Positions 26,163-35,763 of a stretch of DNA of 64,000 bases are shown one piece after another (positions within the stretch are counted from its first letter, which is position 1; each line of letters starts with the position of its first letter). The stretch is from a virus (Duplodnaviria > Caudoviricetes). The DNA lies in the IMG/VR virus record IMGVR_UViG_3300028833_000094, positions 32,001-96,000 of that record. One strand, given 5' to 3'. The notes beneath the pieces were generated by a model. The model did no database searches. It had not been told where the DNA came from and was given only the letters and a program-made list of their open reading frames with translations. Made by a program: the position numbers and the translations under genes.

Positions 26163-26480
26163 ATGAAATATTTGAAAGTGGTATGTTCCAATACTGCACC
26201 TAATGTAAGGGATGCTCTTTGGCTGAAGCCTACAGACGGTGGCTTTACTCTCTATGCTCTTAATGGTGGGTGGAAGCCTGTCAAGATGGAGGAAGGAGAT
26301 GATGAGCCTAAGGCTGAGTATGATGCAGCAGGAGCTGCTGAAGCAGTTAAGACAGCAGTCATTGGTTCTGTGAAAGATAAGAAGACAGCCAATACTATCA
26401 ATGGTGCCAAAGCCTATGCAAAGGATGTAGCAGATGCTGTGAAATCCTATGTGGATGAGAAATTGGCAAAGTTGGATTAA
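26163..26480 (+). CDS. small virion/fibre-like protein
   Basis: AP...ALWLKP motif and TINGAKAYA coil. Confidence 0.55.
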   Translation: MKYLKVVCSNTAPNVRDALWLKPTDGGFTLYALNGGWKPVKMEEGDDEPKAEYDAAGAAEAVKTAVIGSVKDKKTANTINGAKAYAKDVADAVKSYVDEKLAKLD

Positions 26481-26529
26481 TAAAGAAGTTGTCATATAAT
26501 GACAACATAAATAACAAAACGTAGAAGCA

Positions 26530-27183
26530 ATGAGTGTAATATTTGACCAATTAAGGGTTTCTGATGATGGCAAGAGGCTTTTCATAGATTTGCATGTCAA
26601 TCAGGCAACTTACTTTAATGACTACTATCTGAAGAGCCTTACTGTTACTACTGCTGAGTATGTACCAGAATCTGTCAGTGGAATACCTGAGGATTATATC
26701 TATAAGAAAACCTATCCAGATACTGAGGAAGGACGTGTCAAAGAAGACCATTTGCTGCTGAATGTAGGAGACTTGGCTTATGGTACTGTTCAGGCTCCTA
26801 ATACCTTTAGTGGGCCTTTGCTCTTTGTCTTTGCAGAAATCCAAATCCTTGGAAGTGTTGACCCTTGTACTCCTTGTGGTCTTGATGGAGACTATGCTGT
26901 AGCAGTTACCTTTGATACTAATCTGCTGTATCAGCGAGTGATGGATTATACCAAGCAGTTTGGAGATAATTGCACTATTCCTACTGGATTCACTGATTAC
27001 ATTCTCTTGTGGAATGCATTTAAGGCCAGTGTGGAGACAGAGCATTATGTTCCTGCTATCAAGTACTACAACATGTTGTTTGGTATTCCTCATGAGTCTC
27101 CTACAAGAGATGGAAGCCATAGTCCCTTTGGAGGGGCGGGTGCTACCAGTAAGATAATTAAACCTTGTAACTGCAATGGATGA
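26530..27183 (+). CDS. tail hub protein A-like
   Basis: synteny; ends in PCNCNG. Confidence 0.55.
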   Translation: MSVIFDQLRVSDDGKRLFIDLHVNQATYFNDYYLKSLTVTTAEYVPESVSGIPEDYIYKKTYPDTEEGRVKEDHLLLNVGDLAYGTVQAPNTFSGPLLFVFAEIQILGSVDPCTPCGLDGDYAVAVTFDTNLLYQRVMDYTKQFGDNCTIPTGFTDYILLWNAFKASVETEHYVPAIKYYNMLFGIPHESPTRDGSHSPFGGAGATSKIIKPCNCNG

Positions 27184-27568
27184 GCTGATTTATAATGGAG
27201 TAGGCTCCTACTACAATGCCTTGGAGAAGACAGGCTACATGAGCTATGCTAATATGCAGAAGCTTTTGCTGCTTATCTTCTACAGGGACTTTGTATTCCA
27301 TGACTACAGGGGATTATTGAGTAAGGAGGACTACCGTCTGATAGAGAGAGCTTTAGACTGTCTTTGGGGCAGTACGTGTTTAATACCTTATCCAGATTAT
27401 TTGAAGATGGGAAAATTACATTTAGGTGAGATGACCGAAGTAGGTCAGAGACTCAGGAATATTGAGAATACTAAGGTTGTCAAAGTTAAGACTCCTGAAG
27501 AAGATGGCACTGAAGCCTATGAGAAGGTAATCAATGACATTGAGATTCCTGAAGATTCAGGTGATTGA
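27176..27568 (+). CDS. tail hub protein B-like
   Basis: synteny; overlaps upstream gene; YYNALEKTGY..CL.GSTCLIPYP. Confidence 0.55.
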   Translation: MDELIYNGVGSYYNALEKTGYMSYANMQKLLLLIFYRDFVFHDYRGLLSKEDYRLIERALDCLWGSTCLIPYPDYLKMGKLHLGEMTEVGQRLRNIENTKVVKVKTPEEDGTEAYEKVINDIEIPEDSGD

Positions 27569-27668
27569 GCCTTACTAAGTAAGGTACTTAACTCAGTAAA
27601 TAAAATCTTTAATACGGCTCAGGAGTATACTAAAATGTTGTACTTTTGAGCCGTAATATATAATAACT

Positions 27669-28367
27669 ATGAAAGTAAGAGAGGTCGTATATATGTGCCT
27701 TGACATGCTCAAGGGTTTCAGCGATGACTTTGTATATACAGAGGATCACCTGATATTCCTCTTGAAGAAGTACAGGGCCTTTCTGATTAAGAAAGAGCAG
27801 GACAAGGAGAAAGCCTCTACTGATGTAGCTTCAGAGTTTGAGTATCAGGAGATATGTCTTGACTTGGAGAAGGTAGCAGCTATTGATGGTGAGCCTTGTA
27901 CAGGAGGTTATTATCAGCGTACTACAGCAAAGATTCCTAAGATACTGGAAGGTACTCAGCCCAGAATCTATCCTATGGATTATTTCCAGGGTATCAATGT
28001 AAGCTATATCAGCAGGGACAGGATGAGGTATGTGGGAACCAATCCTTATCTCCAGAATATCCTCTATGTAGCCTTAGGTCCAGATATGCATCTGTATCTG
28101 AACAGTAACAATCCACAGTTCTTCTATATGAAGAAACTTAGGATGAGTGCTATCTTTGAGGATTTTGATGAAGCAGTGGATTTGCTTTGTGATAATGGAG
28201 ATGATTCCACAGAAGGCTGTGATGTACTGGATTCAGAATTTCCTATCAGGGAATATCTGGTTCCTCCTTTAATTGAACTGGTAGTAAAAGAGCTTTCAGG
28301 TTTCAAGTACCAGAAGGAGGATGTACAGAATAATGCCAAGGATAATATGCCTGAGAACTCCCGATAA
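27669..28367 (+). CDS. tail ring protein (R2-like)
   Basis: synteny; promoter TACTTTTG at 27641. Confidence 0.6.
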   Translation: MKVREVVYMCLDMLKGFSDDFVYTEDHLIFLLKKYRAFLIKKEQDKEKASTDVASEFEYQEICLDLEKVAAIDGEPCTGGYYQRTTAKIPKILEGTQPRIYPMDYFQGINVSYISRDRMRYVGTNPYLQNILYVALGPDMHLYLNSNNPQFFYMKKLRMSAIFEDFDEAVDLLCDNGDDSTEGCDVLDSEFPIREYLVPPLIELVVKELSGFKYQKEDVQNNAKDNMPENSR

Positions 28368-28370
28368 GCC

Positions 28371-28910
28371 ATGCAGACACTGGAAGAGTTCAAGACAGCA
28401 CACATGCCCAAAAGGACAGGTAAGGGTAACAGAAATATCATTGTCACCAATTCATGGGGTGTGTATGACGCATATAAGCTAATCAGAAAGAATGGATGGT
28501 ACAATATTGGGAGACCTCTGAAAGAGAAAGAGTTCTATGCTATAATAAGAGGAGTCAATAAACTTCTGGCAGAGAATATCATCAATGGTGAGACTGTGAA
28601 GTTTCCTGAGAAGATGGGACTCTTAGAGTTAAGGAAATGGGAGAAAGGAGTCAGTATTGTAAATGGCAAGTTGAAGGTAAACTATCCAATAGACTGGGGA
28701 GAAACCTGGAAGCTATGGTACAATGACCCTGAGGCATTTAAGAACAAAACCTTATTAAGAGATGAGAAAAATGATATATTCTCTATAAGGTATGTCAAGA
28801 ACAATGCTACCTATGAGAACAAGCTGTTCTATCAGTTTGTGCTTAACCGTAAGATAAAGAAGCGTCTCAAAGTGAATATTAAGAATGATAAAATAGATAC
28901 ACTATGGTAA
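28371..28910 (+). CDS. crAss IHF-like protein
   Basis: IINGETVKFPEKMGLLELRK..IDWGETWKLW. Confidence 0.65.
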   Translation: MQTLEEFKTAHMPKRTGKGNRNIIVTNSWGVYDAYKLIRKNGWYNIGRPLKEKEFYAIIRGVNKLLAENIINGETVKFPEKMGLLELRKWEKGVSIVNGKLKVNYPIDWGETWKLWYNDPEAFKNKTLLRDEKNDIFSIRYVKNNATYENKLFYQFVLNRKIKKRLKVNIKNDKIDTLW

Positions 28911-29665
28911 GTGAGATTAGATATACAACAGTTAAGAGAGTATTGGATGACTTGCTTGACCATCCCCAGTTAAGGGATTTAACCTTGGAACAAGTAGTCA
29001 GGCATGTAATCCGCTTTATTGCTCTACATGGATATCCCAAACTCTACGAAGACAAGATAGAGAATGTGGAGATTCATGAGTTCAGGGGTTTGCTTCCTTG
29101 TGACCTGATAAAGATTATTCAAGTGAAAGACTTGAAGCACCATGTGTGTATGAGAGCTATGACAGATAATTTCACTCCAGGAATGAGACCTGAGATAGAG
29201 GAGAGAGGAAAGAGGAGAGAGGAGAGAGATATGCACCATCATCCATTCCATCATCCTCATCATTTCTGGCATGGAGAACCAGCCTTTAAAACTCAGGGAA
29301 GGGTTATCTATACCTCATTCCCTGAAGGAATCATTCAGATAGCCTATAAGTCTATTCCTGTAGATGAAGATGGGTATCCTAAATTGATTGATAATGAGGT
29401 ATATCTTGGTGCTTTGGAAGCCTATATCAAGAAGCAGGTATTTACCGTGAAATTTGATACAGGAAAGATTTCCTCTGGTGTACTGGATAATGCCAAGCAA
29501 GACTATGCTTTCCTTGCCAAAGAACTTCAGGCAGAATTCACTATTCCTTCTGTCAGTGAAGCAGAGGCTATGTCAAGGCAGTATCAGACATTGATTCTTA
29601 ATATGAGAAGCTTTGACAGAGGATTTAAGGATTTAGGTAATAGAGAGTATTTGAGGAGACATTAA
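28904..29665 (+). CDS. tail tubular/ring protein R1-like with His-rich loop
   Basis: LPCDL..IYTSF..G.I.IAYKSIPVDEDGYPKL; directly precedes muzzle. Confidence 0.7.
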   Translation: MVSEIRYTTVKRVLDDLLDHPQLRDLTLEQVVRHVIRFIALHGYPKLYEDKIENVEIHEFRGLLPCDLIKIIQVKDLKHHVCMRAMTDNFTPGMRPEIEERGKRREERDMHHHPFHHPHHFWHGEPAFKTQGRVIYTSFPEGIIQIAYKSIPVDEDGYPKLIDNEVYLGALEAYIKKQVFTVKFDTGKISSGVLDNAKQDYAFLAKELQAEFTIPSVSEAEAMSRQYQTLILNMRSFDRGFKDLGNREYLRRH

Positions 29666-29705
29666 AGATTCAGGATTCAGGTTTCAAGATTAAAGATTAA
29701 GGAGA

Positions 29706-32700
29706 ATGAAAAGAGTAGAATCACATATATTCCAGGGAATGCAGAGAGATGTGAGTATCTCTAAGCAGCAGCCTCAGTTTCTATGGGATGCAGTAAATAT
29801 CAGACTGACAGCCAGAGAAGGTGATACCTTGATGAGTATTACCAATGAGAAGGGTTCTGTTGAAAGTGGTATATATTGTACAGGCTCCTATATGGGACAT
29901 TGTGTCATAGGTAATAACCTTGTAGTGTTCACTACAGATGATGGATATGATTATATCTACAGAATAACAAAGATGGAAGAAGGTTTCTTCAAAAAGAAGA
30001 AACTTTATGGTGGAAGTATAGGGCAACCAAGTCTTGGTTTTGACCCATCATATCCTCTTCAAACACTGGGTGTGTATGAGAATGAACATATCCAAAAAGT
30101 ATATTGGACAGATGGAATTAATCAGCCAAGAGTTATCAATATTGTAAAAGACCTTCTTAATTCTGCTGCAACTGAATATTACAATGAAAAGTCTTTTGAT
30201 TTTGTCCCTGAGATGCAGCTTGATGATTCTATTCATGTTAAAAAACTTAGTGACAGCAGCGGAAGCTTTCCCTCAGGTGTAATTCAGTATGCTGTTACCT
30301 ATTATAATAAATATGGGCAGCAGAGTAATATCAGCTGTGTATCTCCTCTGATACCTATCTCATTTTTTGGAAGAGCTGGAAGTCCTGAAGAAAAAGTAAG
30401 TAATTCATTTAGAATTGTAATTAATAATCCTGATACTACTTTTGAATATTTAAGACTTTACTCTATATTTAGAAGTAGCCTGAACGGTACTCCTATTTGT
30501 AAGAGAGTAGAAGATGTAAAATTAGGAGATGGAGGAACCAGCGGTACTTACTATAAAATGGAAACTTCTGGAACTATTATTTCTAATTATTTCTGGGTTA
30601 CAGGCGCTTACCAGGCTACTGAAAGTAATGGAGACCCTTTTAATCAATCTGGATTTGTATATACTGAGCATGTTCCCTATGTTAATAATGGCTCTTTTTT
30701 CCATATACAAAAGGGCAGCAGTACAGAACACCTAGTAATTAAAATAAAACAACAAAATAATACATATAAATATATTACCTGGGGTGATGCTACAGAAATT
30801 TTTATATCTAAAAACTCCTTAGCTGGAGGTGCTGGTACAGCATATTATGTTGTAGGAGCTGATGGCATGAATGAGACAGGTGATTTTAGAAATGCAGCGA
30901 ATTTATTTATATCCACAGAAGAAATACAATATGTAGAGAAAAGAACTGTGGAGAATGTTACTATTACCGATAATGGTAGTATTGGAGAAAATATTGATCC
31001 ACAGGAGTTGTTTTATATTGGAGGTGATGAAATCGTTGCAGAAACTATAGAATCTAAAGATGGAACTTTGTTTTTGGGTAATATTGTACTAAAGCAAGCT
31101 CAAATAGAAAGTTTAAAGAGTAGTATTAAAAATGGTGTAACTATTACTAACAACAATACAAGACAAGTTTCCAGAGCTATTGCTTTAAATAGTAATAATT
31201 ATAAATGGGGAAGTTCTCTAAATTCAACGGGAGCTGATGATTATGCTACTAATCCTGCAGGATTTAAGTATGGGGAGCATTACAGACTTGGTGTTCAATT
31301 TCAATACAAGAATGGAAAATGGAGTGAGCCTGTATATATACCTAATATGTCTGGTAATACTGATATAGGAAGTTATATATGTAATGAAAATCCTGAATAT
31401 AATGAAAGTTCTAGTTCAAGTAGTTCTGAGGTATATAACATCCCATGTTTTAAAGGTGTTTTAAGTAGTGATATTAGGATTGCTTTACAGAGTAAAGGAT
31501 ATAAAAGAGTAAGAGGAGTTGTGGTTTTTCCTACAACTTCAGATAGACTTATTCTGGCACAGGGAATATTAAATCCTACTGTGTCTTGTGTTACTGCTCA
31601 TGATCAACATTCTCCTGATTATCAAAGTTCTTGGTTTTTCAGACCTTGGATCTCTTCAAGTTTTAATAATGATAGTAATATATTAGAAGGAGCTGTAGTT
31701 GAATGGGAACACAATACTAAGTTATTTGGTTTCAATGACAGAGGTGCAGAAATACAGGGATTGCCAGTAAACTATACCAATTGGAGTATGATGGGCAACA
31801 CTATTAATTTTGGAGGAGGGCCTTTTAGTCCTGTTTATTTTGATAATGTTAATATTGGAAATAAAAATAATCCCAAATATGTGACAGTTAGACAAGATTT
31901 AGCAGATAGTGTTTTCTATGTAGACCAACAATATGTTACTATGCATTCTCCTGAATTTGAGTTTGAGGATTCCTTGAAGAATTTAGATTTCATAGAAACA
32001 TCTCTTAGGAAACGAGGATATGTACAGTTTAATGCAAATGTTGGAGATATATTCATAGAAACATCTACTCCTCCCATCGGTAAAAGCAGCACAGGGTTTG
32101 TACGTAAAGTTATGAACTGGGGAGGAACTGGGGCTTGTAGAAGACTATGTGCTGGATTATTCTATAATGATTGGCTTGTAGATGAAAATGTCAATGACAA
32201 TAAGAATCTTTATGCTGAATTCCCACATCAAGGCTATGAGGTAGGATTTATGGTTTATCCCTGGAATAAATCAGGTTCTTTGAATAATGACTGTAACAGA
32301 CCAGCAGAAGCTGGGGTGAGAAGTGCTGTGCTAAAAAGAAAGATTATTTCTAATATGCTTTACAGTAGGCAGACTTCTTTTGTATCTAGTTCAGATATTC
32401 CCATGCCATCTACATCTACTCCGAAGTTATTTGATTTGGATCAGATAGGTCTTGTGAAATTAGGAGGTAATACAAATTATTATGGTAATATAGATACCTT
32501 ATTAGGAGCTATGGCACCTTTTGGTTCTATTATTAGTACTGGAGAAAATATATGGAAAATAAATAAGAGTGACTATAACGATATGAAAGAATATGGTTCT
32601 GGGCAATATAAGCCTACAGAAGATTATATGTCGTATAGTACTCATATTTTTAATTCCCGTAAAAATTACTTTTGGAAAGGAGTAGAAAAAGGGTTTGAGC

Positions 32701-34544
32701 ATATAGCCAGAGACGAAAATCAGTTAGTTTGGACCTATAAAATGGGTATTGAGGAGAATACTATAGGAAAAGAAAATGAAAGCCTTACCATAAGTAAGGC
32801 AAGCATCAGGATGAAATATAAATCCACTCCACATGCAGTAATGTATTTAACGAGCCCATTAACTTCTTCTAATGCTAATTCTCTTTATCTTGCAGAACTA
32901 TATAGATCGGGAAACTCTAGTACAGACTTTGGGGGAACTTCTCCTGATGCTATTCAAGCAAATATGTGGGTTCCTGCTGGCGAAGCAGTCTCATTAAATG
33001 ATACTGACAATAGTGGAAGGGTACCATTCTATTATGAATGGGGAGATACTTGGTATCAGAGATATGATTGCTTGAAAACATATCCCTTTACTCCAGAAGA
33101 TGAAAATCAGATTGTAGAGATAGGCTCTTTCATGGTAGAGACTCATGTGAATATAGATGGAAGGTATGATAGAAACAGGGGTCAAGATAGTAACTTGTAT
33201 GTGAATCCTCAGAATTTTAATCTGATAAATCCTGTATATTCACAATTGGACAATTTCTTCTCCTACAAGATAATGGATGCTGATTTTTATAAGTTGAATG
33301 CTTTTCCTGCTACTGTAGCATGGACACTCCAAAAGAATAATGCTTCAGAGATAGATGCATGGACTAATATTACATTATCTAATACATTAGACATGGATGG
33401 TACTATGGGACCAGTTACTTCTATTAATAGTAGTAATGATACGCTCTATTGCTTCCAGGAAAGAGGAGTTAGTCAGATAATGTTTAATTCCAGGGTACAG
33501 ATTCCTGCTTCTGATGGTGTACCTATTGAAATCAGCAACAGCTACAAGGTAGATGGCAGTCGTGGTATCAGTAGTACTGTAGGCTGTTATAATAAGTTTT
33601 CTATTACTAAGTCTCCTATAGGATTATATTTTATTGATGGAGTAGGAAGTACTTTATATCTCCTTCAAGGAAATCAGATGCAGAACATCAGTGATACTCA
33701 TGGTATGGGTTATTGGTTCTCTCAACAAGATACCCAGAGACGCTGGATACCAAGTGGTGGAGAAGGTGGAGTCGATAGAAGAGCTCAGGGTATGAGGGTA
33801 TGCTATGATAATGTGAATAATGACCTATATATGATTCCATATAATGGTAAAGCATTATGTTATTCAGAGCAATTGCAACAATTTGTATCTTTCTTTGACT
33901 ACTATCCCTATGCTATTTTTAATCTTGGAAATAGTGTTCATGCTATTGGTGATGATGAGAATACTGTAGGTATGTGGAATCTATTTGAAGGAGAATACAA
34001 TAAACTCATGGGAACCTTCTTCCCAAGCAGTATTACTTTTGTCAGCAATGCTGATATGCAGATGGACAAGATATTCACCAATCTTGAAACAAGGACTGAC
34101 TTCTATATGAATGGTGAATTGCAGCACATGCATTTCTTTGATACTATCAGAGTATGGAATGAATACCAGGATACTGATTGGCTAGATGAAAGTTTTATGG
34201 AGGAGCATACTACTCAACTTGAACATAAGTACTACCCGTATAGTTCATCTTCTATATCTTCGAATGTAAAGAAGAAATTTAGGATTTGGAGAATAGATAT
34301 TCCAAGGGCTAAAAAATGGGTAGCTTATACACAGGCTGAAAAACAGGCTATGATAAATAGTGGTCAGTATACTTCTAATACAGTACCAGGTGGACATCTT
34401 ATCAATATCAATGATAGGATTAGAAATACTTGGTGTAAGATTAAGCTTACCATGAATATTCCACCAACAAATAGTGAGGAACTGGAAAACTTCCACTCTC
34501 ATAATATGGAGATGCATGATATAAGTGTCATTTACTATGTTTAA
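29706..34544 (+). CDS. muzzle / tail stabilization protein
   Basis: 1612 aa; FQGMQRD..AVNIR..ITNEKG, VYWTDGINQPRVIN, GDTWYQRYDCLKT, KKKFRIWR..RIRNTW. Confidence 0.8.
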   Translation: MKRVESHIFQGMQRDVSISKQQPQFLWDAVNIRLTAREGDTLMSITNEKGSVESGIYCTGSYMGHCVIGNNLVVFTTDDGYDYIYRITKMEEGFFKKKKLYGGSIGQPSLGFDPSYPLQTLGVYENEHIQKVYWTDGINQPRVINIVKDLLNSAATEYYNEKSFDFVPEMQLDDSIHVKKLSDSSGSFPSGVIQYAVTYYNKYGQQSNISCVSPLIPISFFGRAGSPEEKVSNSFRIVINNPDTTFEYLRLYSIFRSSLNGTPICKRVEDVKLGDGGTSGTYYKMETSGTIISNYFWVTGAYQATESNGDPFNQSGFVYTEHVPYVNNGSFFHIQKGSSTEHLVIKIKQQNNTYKYITWGDATEIFISKNSLAGGAGTAYYVVGADGMNETGDFRNAANLFISTEEIQYVEKRTVENVTITDNGSIGENIDPQELFYIGGDEIVAETIESKDGTLFLGNIVLKQAQIESLKSSIKNGVTITNNNTRQVSRAIALNSNNYKWGSSLNSTGADDYATNPAGFKYGEHYRLGVQFQYKNGKWSEPVYIPNMSGNTDIGSYICNENPEYNESSSSSSSEVYNIPCFKGVLSSDIRIALQSKGYKRVRGVVVFPTTSDRLILAQGILNPTVSCVTAHDQHSPDYQSSWFFRPWISSSFNNDSNILEGAVVEWEHNTKLFGFNDRGAEIQGLPVNYTNWSMMGNTINFGGGPFSPVYFDNVNIGNKNNPKYVTVRQDLADSVFYVDQQYVTMHSPEFEFEDSLKNLDFIETSLRKRGYVQFNANVGDIFIETSTPPIGKSSTGFVRKVMNWGGTGACRRLCAGLFYNDWLVDENVNDNKNLYAEFPHQGYEVGFMVYPWNKSGSLNNDCNRPAEAGVRSAVLKRKIISNMLYSRQTSFVSSSDIPMPSTSTPKLFDLDQIGLVKLGGNTNYYGNIDTLLGAMAPFGSIISTGENIWKINKSDYNDMKEYGSGQYKPTEDYMSYSTHIFNSRKNYFWKGVEKGFEHIARDENQLVWTYKMGIEENTIGKENESLTISKASIRMKYKSTPHAVMYLTSPLTSSNANSLYLAELYRSGNSSTDFGGTSPDAIQANMWVPAGEAVSLNDTDNSGRVPFYYEWGDTWYQRYDCLKTYPFTPEDENQIVEIGSFMVETHVNIDGRYDRNRGQDSNLYVNPQNFNLINPVYSQLDNFFSYKIMDADFYKLNAFPATVAWTLQKNNASEIDAWTNITLSNTLDMDGTMGPVTSINSSNDTLYCFQERGVSQIMFNSRVQIPASDGVPIEISNSYKVDGSRGISSTVGCYNKFSITKSPIGLYFIDGVGSTLYLLQGNQMQNISDTHGMGYWFSQQDTQRRWIPSGGEGGVDRRAQGMRVCYDNVNNDLYMIPYNGKALCYSEQLQQFVSFFDYYPYAIFNLGNSVHAIGDDENTVGMWNLFEGEYNKLMGTFFPSSITFVSNADMQMDKIFTNLETRTDFYMNGELQHMHFFDTIRVWNEYQDTDWLDESFMEEHTTQLEHKYYPYSSSSISSNVKKKFRIWRIDIPRAKKWVAYTQAEKQAMINSGQYTSNTVPGGHLININDRIRNTWCKIKLTMNIPPTNSEELENFHSHNMEMHDISVIYYV

Positions 34545-34561
34545 TTATAAGATAGTATTAT

Positions 34562-35617
34562 ATGAAGTACGATCAGAAATTTATAAATAAAGAAACTGGG
34601 CATTTTACAGTCAGCAAGGCTTTGAAGGGAATTACCCTTGCATCTGTTAAACAAATAGTAGAGGAAGGGGAAACTAGAGATGAATTACTCAGTGTGGAGA
34701 ATTTCAGACAAATATCTTCTGATAAATTCTCAGCTGTTGTTGATGGTGTAGAGCATTTTTTTGATAATGCTGGAAAATGTGTGGATGCTCCTGATACTGT
34801 AGGAGATCTTGCTTTTGTATCTAGTGATATTCAGAAGAGTACTCAAAATACTGCTGATGCAGATAATACAGGTACTTCTGAAACCTTAAAAACAACAGCT
34901 ACTATTTCTTCTTTAAGTCCGAGGGATTATTTTGCACAGGAAATTATGAATGCTTTTATGAAAGGCATAAATAATCCATTCAGTCTTTCTGATGCAGATA
35001 TCTATAAGTATACTACACTATCATATAAGATTGCTCAAAGTATGATTAATGTAGCCGCTTTTAACAGAAAGGGAGACCCTCAAAGTGGTTCAACTGATTC
35101 TTCAGCAGAAGTAGTAATAGATAAAGCCACACTAAATGGTAATACTGAAAAGCTGCTAAATAATATAGTAGCAGCTCTTGATAAGACCAATGGCTCAATT
35201 GAGGTACCTGGGGAGAATGATACCACTGTCTCAGTTCCAGCGGAAAGACTTACTATTCCTGAACTAAACAAGCTGATAGAGGATTTAAAGACTCTTCAAG
35301 AGAATTATGTGAAGGATGGGAGTAATACTGTAGGACTGAAGGATTTGATTGCTGCTATTAATACAACTCTTACATCATTAAAAAATATCACATCTATTGG
35401 TTCTATTAATTCTCTTCCAGACATTGAAGGAAATATAAACTCTAGTGTTAGTGGTACAATTACAGCCACTCTTTCAAGAGGAAGCAGCTCAAGCAATCCT
35501 TTGTATGTAAGCATTCCATCAACATTAATGGATACAAGAATCAAAGCTTGGCTTAATGCTACAACCATAGTAGCAGATGGTTCTGGATGGAAACTTAATG
35601 TTCCTAGTTCAATTTAA
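34562..35617 (+). CDS. hypothetical protein between muzzle and cargo 1
   Basis: 351 aa; central LSPRDYFAQEIM..SYKIAQSM helical hairpin, S/T-rich C-terminus. Confidence 0.65.
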   Translation: MKYDQKFINKETGHFTVSKALKGITLASVKQIVEEGETRDELLSVENFRQISSDKFSAVVDGVEHFFDNAGKCVDAPDTVGDLAFVSSDIQKSTQNTADADNTGTSETLKTTATISSLSPRDYFAQEIMNAFMKGINNPFSLSDADIYKYTTLSYKIAQSMINVAAFNRKGDPQSGSTDSSAEVVIDKATLNGNTEKLLNNIVAALDKTNGSIEVPGENDTTVSVPAERLTIPELNKLIEDLKTLQENYVKDGSNTVGLKDLIAAINTTLTSLKNITSIGSINSLPDIEGNINSSVSGTITATLSRGSSSSNPLYVSIPSTLMDTRIKAWLNATTIVADGSGWKLNVPSSI

Positions 35618-35763
35618 TAGAATTTTAGGAGTTCCATAATATTTACTATATAATGTGTCTAAAGGGAGTATAAGTAATTGACTTATATTCCCTTAGTACT
35701 TTAAATATCTAGGGTTGGAAATAGTGGTAATCTTTTATTTTTGCAGAAAATAGATGCATCGAG

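Noticed and set aside
29664-29702. Degenerate 7-bp tandem repeat (AAGATTC/AGGATTC/AGGTTTC/AAGATTA)
   Set aside because: Short intergenic slippage-type repeat with no evidence of function
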